Assembly: GCA_016287855.1 (NCBI GenBank)
Contig: JAEEXS010000038.1
Location: forward strand, 1-13,834
Direction: 5' to 3'
Source of the DNA: Clostridia bacterium
GTDB taxonomy: Bacteria > Bacillota > Clostridia > TANB77 > RGIG9151
Length of the DNA: 13,834 nucleotides
Part shown: piece after piece, positions 5,005 to 12,559 of the stretch
How the letters are laid out: each line of letters opens with the position of its first letter
Numbering within the stretch: position 1 is the first letter of the stretch
The notes under the pieces: generated by a model
The model's database searches: none
What the model was told of the DNA's origin: nothing
The model's input: only the letters and a program-made list of their open reading frames with translations
Translations under genes and position numbers: made by a program

Positions 5005-6730
5005 CACTCACACCCCTTTCCATTTGAGAATAATAAACATCTTGATAAATTTTATTAGTTCTTAATAATTCATCATGTGTTCCAACAGCTACAACTCTTC
5101 CTTCATCTAAAATTATAATCTTATCTGAATTCATAACAGAGCTTACACGTTGAGCGATAATAAACTTAGTTGTTTCTGGTATGTACTCTGAAAAAGCCTT
5201 CCGTATAAGGCTATCTGTCTTTGTATCTACCGCACTAGTAGAATCGTCTAAAATTAAGATTTTCGGTTTTTTAAGCAACGCTCTAGCAATACATAACCTT
5301 TGTTTCTGACCGCCAGAAACATTAGTTCCGCCTTGTTCTATATGAGTATCATATTTATCTGGGAATTTCTCTATAAACTCATCCGCACAAGCAAGCTTAC
5401 ATACTTCTTTTATCTCATCATCAGTTGCGTTTTCATTTCCCCATCTTAAGTTTTCTTTTATTGTTCCCGCAAACAACTCATTTTTTTGTAGAACCATAGA
5501 AACCGCATTACGAAGAGTTTCAATATCATACTTTTGCACGTCAATTCCACCAACTAAAACTTTTCCTTTAGTTGCATCGTACAACCTAGGAATTAGTTGA
5601 ACAAGAGTCGTTTTAGACGAACCAGTACCACCTAAAATTCCTACTGTTTCTCCAGATTTTATATCTAGATTAACCTTAGCTAAACAAAGCTTTTTCTTAT
5701 CTTTTGCATAACTAAAGCTAACATTCTCAAACTTAACACTTCCATCTTGTACGTAAAGTATCGGGTCTTTAGGATTTTTAATATCTGTTTCTTCAGATAA
5801 AATCTCACATACCCTTTCAGCAGAAGCTCGTGAAATAGTAATAATTATTAATATTATAGATAACATCATAAGACTAATTAGAATTTGCATTATGTATGTA
5901 ATTAAAGTCATAAGACTTCCAGTCGTAAGATCTCCTGCAACAATTAGTCTTGCTGCAAACCAAGAAATAAGCAACATACAAGAATAAATAACAAACTCCA
6001 TAAGAGGTGCATTTAATGCTACTAATTTTTCAGCCTTTACAAAGTCTTTATATATTTCGCCAGATACAGTATTAAACTTATTTTCCTCAAAATCTTCTCT
6101 TACATACGATTTTACTACTCTAATTCCATGTAAATTTTCTTGAACAACATTATTTAATTTATCATAGGTCTTAAATACTCGCTCAAAAATAGGATGCGCT
6201 TTCATAGCAATAAAACATAGCCCAAATCCTAGTATAGGAATTGCAGCTAAAAATATAAGCGATATTTTTAAGTTTATATACATAGCCATAACCAAAGAAA
6301 ATATAAGCATTAGCGGTGCTCTTACTGCTACTCTAATAATCATTTGGAATGCCATTTGAACATTAGTAACGTCTGTTGTAAGTCTTGTTATAATACTAGA
6401 TGTTGAAAATTTATCTATATTACTAAAAGAAAAATTTTGGATATTGTAGTACATATCATGTCTTAAATTTGCAGCAAATCCAGTTGAAGCCTTTGCTGCT
6501 GCTCTACCTGCCAAAATTCCAAACAATAACGAAAAAAATGACAAAATAACTAGTATTATTCCATACTTTATTATCTCGTTCATATTTCCTGCATCAATGC
6601 CCTTATCTATTAAACTCGCCATTAAAAGAGGAATTATTACCTCTAACACTACTTCAATACTTACATATGTAGGTGCAAGTAATGTCGTAGTTTTATATTG
6701 TCTTATACATTTTGCTAATTTTTTTATCAT
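4991..6730 (-). CDS. ABC exporter permease/ATPase fusion. This is the subunit carrying the degenerate ATPase site (LmrC/YheI/EfrA-like).
   Basis: Walker A is GGTGSSKTT, the signature VSGGQ is canonical, and Walker B ILILDDSTSAVD has Asp in place of the catalytic Glu. I prefer the ATG at 6730 (MIKKLAKC...). The track start at 6757 is a GTG that coincides with the predicted TSS of promoter 6765..6793. Confidence 0.93.
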   Translation of the reverse strand: MIKKLAKCIRQYKTTTLLAPTYVSIEVVLEVIIPLLMASLIDKGIDAGNMNEIIKYGIILVILSFFSLLFGILAGRAAAKASTGFAANLRHDMYYNIQNFSFSNIDKFSTSSIITRLTTDVTNVQMAFQMIIRVAVRAPLMLIFSLVMAMYINLKISLIFLAAIPILGFGLCFIAMKAHPIFERVFKTYDKLNNVVQENLHGIRVVKSYVREDFEENKFNTVSGEIYKDFVKAEKLVALNAPLMEFVIYSCMLLISWFAARLIVAGDLTTGSLMTLITYIMQILISLMMLSIILIIITISRASAERVCEILSEETDIKNPKDPILYVQDGSVKFENVSFSYAKDKKKLCLAKVNLDIKSGETVGILGGTGSSKTTLVQLIPRLYDATKGKVLVGGIDVQKYDIETLRNAVSMVLQKNELFAGTIKENLRWGNENATDDEIKEVCKLACADEFIEKFPDKYDTHIEQGGTNVSGGQKQRLCIARALLKKPKILILDDSTSAVDTKTDSLIRKAFSEYIPETTKFIIAQRVSSVMNSDKIIILDEGRVVAVGTHDELLRTNKIYQDVYYSQMERGVSDAKR

Positions 6731-6764
6731 CTTAAAACCCACTTTCCAAAAAATCACTCATACT

Positions 6765-6793
6765 ATTATATTTGTTTATGCAGATAATATCAA
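6765..6793 (-). promoter_or_regulatory. SigA-type promoter of the ABC-ABC-yitT operon: TTGATA-17 nt-TATAAT.
   Basis: On the minus strand the -35 is at 6793..6788 and the -10 at 6770..6765. Confidence 0.65.
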
Positions 6794-6876
6794 TATTATT
6801 TGCCATTTTTTTATCTCAAAAATATTTTTAAAAAATTTTTAATATTTAATATTTTTCGACAAAATATAATTTTAGC

Positions 6877-6904
6877 TTGTGATATATTCCATTTATGGTA
6901 TTTA
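6877..6904 (+). promoter_or_regulatory. Candidate promoter for the 23-codon ORF: TTGTGA-16 nt-(TGg)TATTTA.
   Basis: The -35 is at 6877-6882, TG at 6896-6897 and the -10 TATTTA at 6899-6904. The -10 is weak in very AT-rich DNA, so this is tentative. Confidence 0.35.
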
Positions 6905-6935
6905 TTACCAAATGTTAAAGAAAGGAGGTATAATA

Positions 6936-7007
6936 ATGAACAGAGCGTTAAAGATAACTCTTTTGGTAATTTTATTTTACATACTTCTTATTGAGGTGTG
7001 TATGTAA
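6936..7007 (+). CDS. 23-aa hydrophobic small protein MNRALKITLLVILFYILLIEVCM (candidate small membrane peptide). Below the size cut-off of the ORF track.
   Basis: The SD AAAGGAGG (6921-6928) lies exactly 7 nt before the ATG at 6936, and the TAA is at 7005-7007. A strong terminator starts 12 nt downstream. It is the only + strand unit in the window with a complete set of expression signals. Confidence 0.45.
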   Translation: MNRALKITLLVILFYILLIEVCM

Positions 7008-7018
7008 TTTTATCAAAG

Positions 7019-7057
7019 AAAAAGCGGGGACCAACACTCCCCGCTTTTTCTTTTTTT
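7019..7057. terminator. Bidirectional rho-independent terminator, shared by the small + ORF and the convergent acyl-CoA synthetase gene.
   Basis: The stem is GCGGGGA / TCCCCGC (7024-7030 / 7038-7044) with a 7-nt loop. An A-run lies at 7019-7023 and T-runs at 7045-7049 and 7051-7057. Confidence 0.85.
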
Positions 7058-7131
7058 ATGAACAGAACATTTATAGGCTTTCGCCTTATGTTATTATTAT
7101 ACTCTAGTATCTATAATAATGTCAATAATTT

Positions 7132-8829
7132 CTATTGTTGGTTTTGTCCAACTTTCGCTCTCTTAATCTTATTAGTAGTAGTTTTTTCAAAAGCTTCTTT
7201 CCTTATAACCACCCTTGAAATTCTCTTATAGAACGGTAGCTTTGCGCAAACTTTAGCAATATCCGCTCTTACAGTAGCTTCAACATCTTCTATTCCTAAA
7301 TCTTTAACTGTCTCTTCATTTAATACAACTTCAGCACAAAGACCAGTTTCAGAACCATTTTCATCCTTAACTCCATATACAACAACCTCAGAAATATATG
7401 AGATTGAAGATATATAAAGTTCAAGTTCCTCAGGGAAAATATTCTTACCATTCTCTAAAACAATAAGGTTCTTCTTTCTACCAGTTATCATGAGTTGACC
7501 TTTTTCGTTTATCTTACCATAGTCTCCAGTATTAAACCAACCATCTTTTAATACTTCTGCAGTAAGATCTGGTCTTTTATAGTAACCTAACATTACTATA
7601 TCGCCTTTAACACAGATTTCCCCTTCTCCATTTTCATTCTTATTTTCAATTTTTACTTCACAGCAAGGAAGTATAACACCAACAGTTGCTGGATCATTAA
7701 ATTTAAGTTGGTTTACACTAACTAACGGAGAACATTCTGTAATTCCATAACCATTTATTAAAATTATTCCAATAGACTCAAAAAACTTAGCAAGTTCAGG
7801 TCTTAAAGGTGCACCCCCGCAAACTATCTCAATTAAATTACCACCAAAAGCTTCAAGAACTGATTTAAACAATTTCCTTCTTACGTCTATTCCAACCTTC
7901 CTAAGCGCATTACTAATAGCTATCATTACTTTTAAAGCGCCGGCTTTTCCAGACTTTTCAGCAGTGCTCCATATCTTTTTATAAAAAGCTTCTGCGAAGG
8001 CAGGAACAAGTAATATATAATCAGGTTTATAGAATTTTAAATTCTTTTCAACTGTCCTTAAATTCTCATTTATGCAAAGAGTTGCACGTCTTTGTATTGC
8101 TATTAATATTCCGCAAGTTGACTCATAAGTATGATTATAAGGCAAAACAGACAAACATCTTGTAAAAATATCTGCTACTCTTAAACCATGATAAACACAA
8201 CTTATTAAATTATGTTCTGTAAGCATAACTCCTTTAGCGATACCTGTAGTTCCAGAAGTATATACAAGTAATTTTAGCTCATTATCCTTGGTAGACAATT
8301 TATCATATTCGTTATTTCCATTAGAATATATCTCTCTACCCTTTTCTTTAAGTTTATTATATGATAAAAATTTTCCTTCATCTTCTTCTCTAGCGAAGCC
8401 AATAAATTGTTTGATATTAGGCATTTTATCTGCTAATTCCATAAATTCTTTTTCATATTTTTCAGCATAGAAAAGAATCGTACTATCGCTGTCATTTACA
8501 ACATTTATAATATCATCTATAGGAAGTTCTTTATCGACAGGAACCAAAACAGAATCGCTTTTTAGTACAGTAAGATAAACTGTAATCCAGTCATAACTAT
8601 TATCTCCAATAACTGCTATATGCGTGTTTTTAATGCCCATATTTAATAAAGCATTTCCAAGCGCATACGTATCATTTTGGGCTTCTTTATAGGTAACATC
8701 TACTACTTCTTCACCTTTTCTATATTTATAAGCAATATTATCTCCTGAATCTTTAACCGCTTTCTCTAGTAAATCCTTAACTGAGCTAATTTCTATAGCA
8801 TCGTTATATTTAATCTTATGTTTTCCCAT
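7132..8829 (-). CDS. AMP-forming long-chain acyl-CoA synthetase (COG1022 / FadD-like AMP-binding enzyme).
   Basis: A 565-aa ORF with AMP-binding motifs YTSGTTGIAKGV, GYGITECSP and WFNTGDYG...TGRKKNLIVLENGKNIFPEELE. The SD GGAGGGA lies 6 nt before the ATG at 8829. Confidence 0.9.
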   Translation of the reverse strand: MGKHKIKYNDAIEISSVKDLLEKAVKDSGDNIAYKYRKGEEVVDVTYKEAQNDTYALGNALLNMGIKNTHIAVIGDNSYDWITVYLTVLKSDSVLVPVDKELPIDDIINVVNDSDSTILFYAEKYEKEFMELADKMPNIKQFIGFAREEDEGKFLSYNKLKEKGREIYSNGNNEYDKLSTKDNELKLLVYTSGTTGIAKGVMLTEHNLISCVYHGLRVADIFTRCLSVLPYNHTYESTCGILIAIQRRATLCINENLRTVEKNLKFYKPDYILLVPAFAEAFYKKIWSTAEKSGKAGALKVMIAISNALRKVGIDVRRKLFKSVLEAFGGNLIEIVCGGAPLRPELAKFFESIGIILINGYGITECSPLVSVNQLKFNDPATVGVILPCCEVKIENKNENGEGEICVKGDIVMLGYYKRPDLTAEVLKDGWFNTGDYGKINEKGQLMITGRKKNLIVLENGKNIFPEELELYISSISYISEVVVYGVKDENGSETGLCAEVVLNEETVKDLGIEDVEATVRADIAKVCAKLPFYKRISRVVIRKEAFEKTTTNKIKRAKVGQNQQ

Positions 8830-8854
8830 ACTAGTTCCCTCCGTTTGTATTTTT

Positions 8855-8879
8855 ATATCTAGTTTTAAAAACTAGATAT
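8855..8879. promoter_or_regulatory. 25-bp perfect palindrome ATATCTAGTTTT-A-AAAACTAGATAT. Candidate repressor operator (or leader hairpin) at about +11..+35 of the acyl-CoA synthetase transcript.
   Basis: The 12-bp arms 8855-8866 and 8868-8879 are exact reverse complements. The palindrome lies between the consensus promoter and the SD. Confidence 0.5.
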
Positions 8880-8895
8880 CTCGTTTTTCAAAACC

Positions 8896-8924
8896 ATTAT
8901 ATTTTATTACAAAATATATGTCAA
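8896..8924 (-). promoter_or_regulatory. Perfect-consensus SigA promoter TTGACA-17 nt-TATAAT for gene 7132..8829.
   Basis: On the minus strand the -35 is at 8924..8919 and the -10 at 8901..8896. Confidence 0.7.
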
Positions 8925-8941
8925 TATACTGTATCAATTTT

Positions 8942-9802
8942 TTAAATAATATTTCCCATTAATGCAGTATATTTGCTGTCCTTACTTAGTTTCTTATCAC
9001 AACTAGCCACAATAAGCTTTTTTATAGCCTTATTTCCCTCTTTCATATGTATAACACACTCATCTACTAAAAAACCAATTACAACTTCCTTATCTCGACT
9101 CACAGTAGAAATAGGAATAATTCTTAATCGCTTTTTCCATTTTTCTTCAAAGTCAAAATCATTCTTATGTATCTGCTCTATAATTTCATCTGGCACAAGT
9201 TCTTTCATAACTTCCTTTTCAACTATAATTACTGGATAGCCTGTAATAGTTTCCTTTACGTTATGTCCTGAGTCTAGAAAGGCTTTAATTAGAACTTTTT
9301 TATCTAAAATTTTAATTTCTACATCATATAAAAGCTCTTGCAAATTTAGTCTACTTCTTAAAAACACACCTATCCACTTTATTATAATAATACTAACTGC
9401 TGTGCCTAATACTATCATTAAAACTGGAAATTCCTCTACATACAATACTCCGCCCTCAGAAATCATACTAAAATTAAGTAAAAACGCCAGTCCAAAGCTT
9501 GCCCCACCTATTAAAAAAGTAATTCCAAAGAAAAAAACGATTGCTTTCAAAAAATCTTTTATTCCTCGTATATTAAAGCCCACAAAAACCATAGTTACCG
9601 CCAAAATAATTTTTAACGATAATAATTGCTCACTATAAAAACCAAATATATAACTAAAAATAACGTATATTGCTCCAATACCCGCACTTATCCCGAGTTT
9701 ATACCATTTGCTTTTTACTCCGGAAAATTTAGATGTTGCATAGAGTATAATATAGTTCATTATAAAGTTTTCTAAAAACATTTGATCCACATATATAGTC
9801 AA
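8942..9802 (-). CDS. spoIIGA: SpoIIGA-family membrane aspartic peptidase (pro-sigma-E processing peptidase family), with no sigma-factor gene adjacent.
   Basis: A 286-aa ORF. The N-terminus MTIYVDQMFLENF matches the SpoIIGA-type M-x-IY-[LV]-D start. It has ~5 TM segments, the catalytic-type motif FLDSGHN, then RIIPISTV and a C-terminal KLSKDSKYTALMG. These parallel B. subtilis SpoIIGA as I recall it. The start is TTG at 9802, with SD GGAGGTG 8 nt upstream. Confidence 0.85.
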   Translation of the reverse strand: MTIYVDQMFLENFIMNYIILYATSKFSGVKSKWYKLGISAGIGAIYVIFSYIFGFYSEQLLSLKIILAVTMVFVGFNIRGIKDFLKAIVFFFGITFLIGGASFGLAFLLNFSMISEGGVLYVEEFPVLMIVLGTAVSIIIIKWIGVFLRSRLNLQELLYDVEIKILDKKVLIKAFLDSGHNVKETITGYPVIIVEKEVMKELVPDEIIEQIHKNDFDFEEKWKKRLRIIPISTVSRDKEVVIGFLVDECVIHMKEGNKAIKKLIVASCDKKLSKDSKYTALMGNII

Positions 9803-9840
9803 AGAGAGTACACCTCCATATATAAAGTATACTCTCTTTG
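9800..9840 (-). promoter_or_regulatory. Hairpin enclosing the spoIIGA-like translation initiation region.
   Basis: An 11-bp perfect inverted repeat, 9800-9810 / 9830-9840, with a 19-nt loop. The SD lies in the loop and the TTG start codon (9802..9800) is the last 3 nt of the 3' arm. Confidence 0.45.
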
Positions 9841-9867
9841 CTCGTCAAAATATGTCATTTCTTGCTA

Positions 9868-11010
9868 TTAAAATTCAACAGGTGGAGTGTCACTAACTCC
9901 AAAATAAAACTTTATAGCCTCAACAATACGCATAGAAGCTTTTCCATCTCCATACGGATTTGTTGCCTTATTCATCTTTTCATACTCTTCCTTATCATCT
10001 AAAAGAAGCTTTGCTAAATTATATATTTTTTCTTCTTCTACTCCAGCCATACGAACAGTTCCAGCCTCTACTGCTTCTGGTCTTTCAGTTTCTTGTCTTA
10101 ATACTAAAACTGGCTTCCCAAGAGCCGGAGCTTCCTCTTGAAGTCCACCTGAATCAGTCATAACCATATAAGAGCGATCCATTAAATTATGTAACTCCTG
10201 AACATCTAATGGTGCTATTAAATGAACATTTTTTATATCTCCTAAAATTTCATTTGCCGGTTCACGAACTGCAGGATTTAAATGAACTGGATAAACCACT
10301 TCAACATCATTATATTCCTCTGCAATTCTTTTTATTGCCTTAAATATATTTCTCATAGGTTCGCCCAAATTCTCTCTTCTATGAGCGGTAACCAATATTA
10401 TTCGCTTATTAAAATCTACCCCTTTTAATTCTTCAGTCTTAAACTCATAAGAACTATTTACAGTTGTTTTTAATGCATCTATTACAGTATTTCCGGTTAC
10501 ATACATTCCATCTTCATTAATATTTTCTTTTAATAAATTATTCTTATTATTGCTTGTAGGACAAAAATGCAAATCTGCCATTTTTCCAACTAAAGTTCTA
10601 TTCATCTCTTCAGGGAAAGGAGAATATTTATCTCCCGTTCTAAGCCCTGCTTCAACATGTCCAATCTTAGTTTGTTTATAAAACGCTGCAAGGGCTCCAG
10701 CAAAAGTAGTTGTTGTATCTCCATGGACTAATACTATATCTGGCTTTGCATCCTCTATAACCTTCTCTATTCCGTTTAATACACTAGATGTAATTTGAGA
10801 TAATGTTTGACGTTCTCTCATTACGTTCAAATCATAATCTGGTACAATTTTAAATATATCTAATACTTGATCAAGCATCTGTCTATGTTGAGCAGTTACG
10901 CAAACTATCGTTTCAATTTCTTCATTCTTTTTAAGTTCATTTACAAGCGGTGCCATTTTTATTGCTTCTGGCCTTGTGCCGAAAATAGTCATTACTCTAA
11001 TCTTTTTCAT
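9868..11010 (-). CDS. mnaA: UDP-N-acetylglucosamine 2-epimerase (non-hydrolysing).
   Basis: A 380-aa ORF with the motifs IFGTRPEAIKMAPL, GHVEAGLRT and MTDSGGLQEEAPALGKPVLVLR. Confidence 0.95.
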   Translation of the reverse strand: MKKIRVMTIFGTRPEAIKMAPLVNELKKNEEIETIVCVTAQHRQMLDQVLDIFKIVPDYDLNVMRERQTLSQITSSVLNGIEKVIEDAKPDIVLVHGDTTTTFAGALAAFYKQTKIGHVEAGLRTGDKYSPFPEEMNRTLVGKMADLHFCPTSNNKNNLLKENINEDGMYVTGNTVIDALKTTVNSSYEFKTEELKGVDFNKRIILVTAHRRENLGEPMRNIFKAIKRIAEEYNDVEVVYPVHLNPAVREPANEILGDIKNVHLIAPLDVQELHNLMDRSYMVMTDSGGLQEEAPALGKPVLVLRQETERPEAVEAGTVRMAGVEEEKIYNLAKLLLDDKEEYEKMNKATNPYGDGKASMRIVEAIKFYFGVSDTPPVEF

Positions 11011-12079
11011 CTTTTTTGTCCCCTTTTTCTGTGTTATTCATTTCTCCCATATATCTACTACCTGCTATTATAAATATTACTATTGTCAAAATTAATAAAG
11101 TAAATTTCCAAATTCCTGTTTCGATTAAAACTATTCCCGCCAATCCCAAAAATGCACTTACTATGTATAAAATAATAACAGACTGTTTTTGAGATAATCC
11201 GGAGTCCAATAATCTATGATGTAAATGACCTCTGTCTGCCTCCATAGGTGACTTTCCGCTTAGTACTCTTCGTATTATTGCAAAAGCTGTATCAAAAACA
11301 GGTAATCCTAAAACAACTAATGGAACAATTATTGCAATTGCTGTATAGCTTTTTACTAGGCCCATTATAGATATTGTTCCTAAAGTAAAGCCTAAAAACG
11401 CAGAACCAGTTTCACCCATAAATATCTTTGCTGGATTAAAGTTAAACGGTAAAAATCCCATAGTTGCACCAGCAAGACCCGCTGCTAATATTATTGTTTG
11501 AGGTTGGTTTAAATATACCGCTATAAACAATAACGATAGTGATGAAATAGTTGCAACTCCGGCAGCTAGTCCATCAAGTCCATCTATAAAATTAATAGCA
11601 TTTGTAATTCCAACTATCCAAACCATTGTAATAGGAATCGACCAAGCACCTAATTCAAATATACCACCTTCAACAAATGGATTAGTTAAAAATTCGACTC
11701 TAACCCCAAAACCTACAACTACAGCCGCTGCTATAATTTGAAATATCAATTTAGTCCAAGGTCTAATTGGCTTTATATCATCCCATACACCCGCTATTTC
11801 TATAACTACAATTCCAAGTATTAAACCTAAAATTTTATTATCAAAAAACGCTTGATCAAAACCCGCCATAACAAAATGATAGATCAAGGCCATTATAAAG
11901 CCTAAAATTATAGCAATTCCTCCCATAAGAGGTGTTGGATTTTTGTGAACTCTTCGCTCGTCCTTAGGTACATCTACTGCTTTTAACTTTACAGCTAAAT
12001 TTTTTACAAATGGCGTCATAAAAAATGACACTATAAAACCAATCGAAAAAATCATTATTATGTTTATATAATCGTTCAT
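10997..12079 (-). CDS. tagO: Undecaprenyl-phosphate N-acetylglucosamine-1-phosphate transferase (TagO/WecA, MraY-like glycosyltransferase family 4).
   Basis: A 360-aa polytopic membrane ORF with VDVPKDERRVHKNPTPLMGG and NAINFIDGLDGLAAG. It overlaps the mnaA start by 14 nt. Confidence 0.9.
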   Translation of the reverse strand: MNDYINIIMIFSIGFIVSFFMTPFVKNLAVKLKAVDVPKDERRVHKNPTPLMGGIAIILGFIMALIYHFVMAGFDQAFFDNKILGLILGIVVIEIAGVWDDIKPIRPWTKLIFQIIAAAVVVGFGVRVEFLTNPFVEGGIFELGAWSIPITMVWIVGITNAINFIDGLDGLAAGVATISSLSLLFIAVYLNQPQTIILAAGLAGATMGFLPFNFNPAKIFMGETGSAFLGFTLGTISIMGLVKSYTAIAIIVPLVVLGLPVFDTAFAIIRRVLSGKSPMEADRGHLHHRLLDSGLSQKQSVIILYIVSAFLGLAGIVLIETGIWKFTLLILTIVIFIIAGSRYMGEMNNTEKGDKKDEKD

Positions 12080-12106
12080 TTAAGGTATCTCCTATCCTTT
12101 TGTAAA

Positions 12107-12541
12107 TTATATTAAATCCAATTTGTCCATACGTTCCTTATACTTTCCACCAAGGCACTCCGTTTCTAGCCAAATTTTCAAATACTCTATTGCTTCTTCT
12201 TCGCTTATAAACCTACCTGGGAAACATATTACATTTGTATCGTTATGTTGCCTCGAAAGCACTGCAAAATCTTTACAAGTACAGTTCACTGCTCGTACAC
12301 CTTTAAACTTATTTGCTGTAATACTAACTCCAACTCCACTTCCACAAACTAAAACTCCTCGTTCACACTCACCATTAGACACAGCTTTAGAAGCCGGAAT
12401 CGCATAATCTGGGAAACCATCATCTTTATCGAAAGTATAAGCTCCAAAATCCTTAACTTCATAACCCTCTTTCAATAAATATTCTTTTAATTTCTCCTTT
12501 AATGGGAACCCAGCATGATCAGCTCCAATTGCAATTTTCAT
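12107..12541 (-). CDS. rpiB: Ribose-5-phosphate isomerase B (RpiB/LacAB family).
   Basis: The motifs are MKIAIGADHAGFPLKEKL and GVLVCGSGVGVSITANK. I prefer the ATG at 12541, with SD GGGAGTG 9 nt upstream. The track's start at 12553 is a GTG inside that SD. Confidence 0.93.
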   Translation of the reverse strand: MKIAIGADHAGFPLKEKLKEYLLKEGYEVKDFGAYTFDKDDGFPDYAIPASKAVSNGECERGVLVCGSGVGVSITANKFKGVRAVNCTCKDFAVLSRQHNDTNVICFPGRFISEEEAIEYLKIWLETECLGGKYKERMDKLDLI

Positions 12542-12559
12542 AATAGGAATCACTCCCTT

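Noticed and set aside
6838-6856. AATATT-T-AATATT direct and palindromic motifs in the divergent region between the ABC operon and the small ORF, as a possible operator.
   Set aside because: This is extremely AT-rich low-complexity DNA. Such motifs are expected by chance, and there is no second copy or adjacent regulator gene.
9819-9848. A possible SigA promoter for the spoIIGA-like gene (TTGACG at 9848..9843 with TTATAT or TATATA).
   Set aside because: The -10 candidates are poor. Either spacing would put the TSS on top of or past the SD (9817..9811), which is incompatible with translation from the TTG at 9802. I could not confidently match sporulation-sigma consensus sequences by eye.
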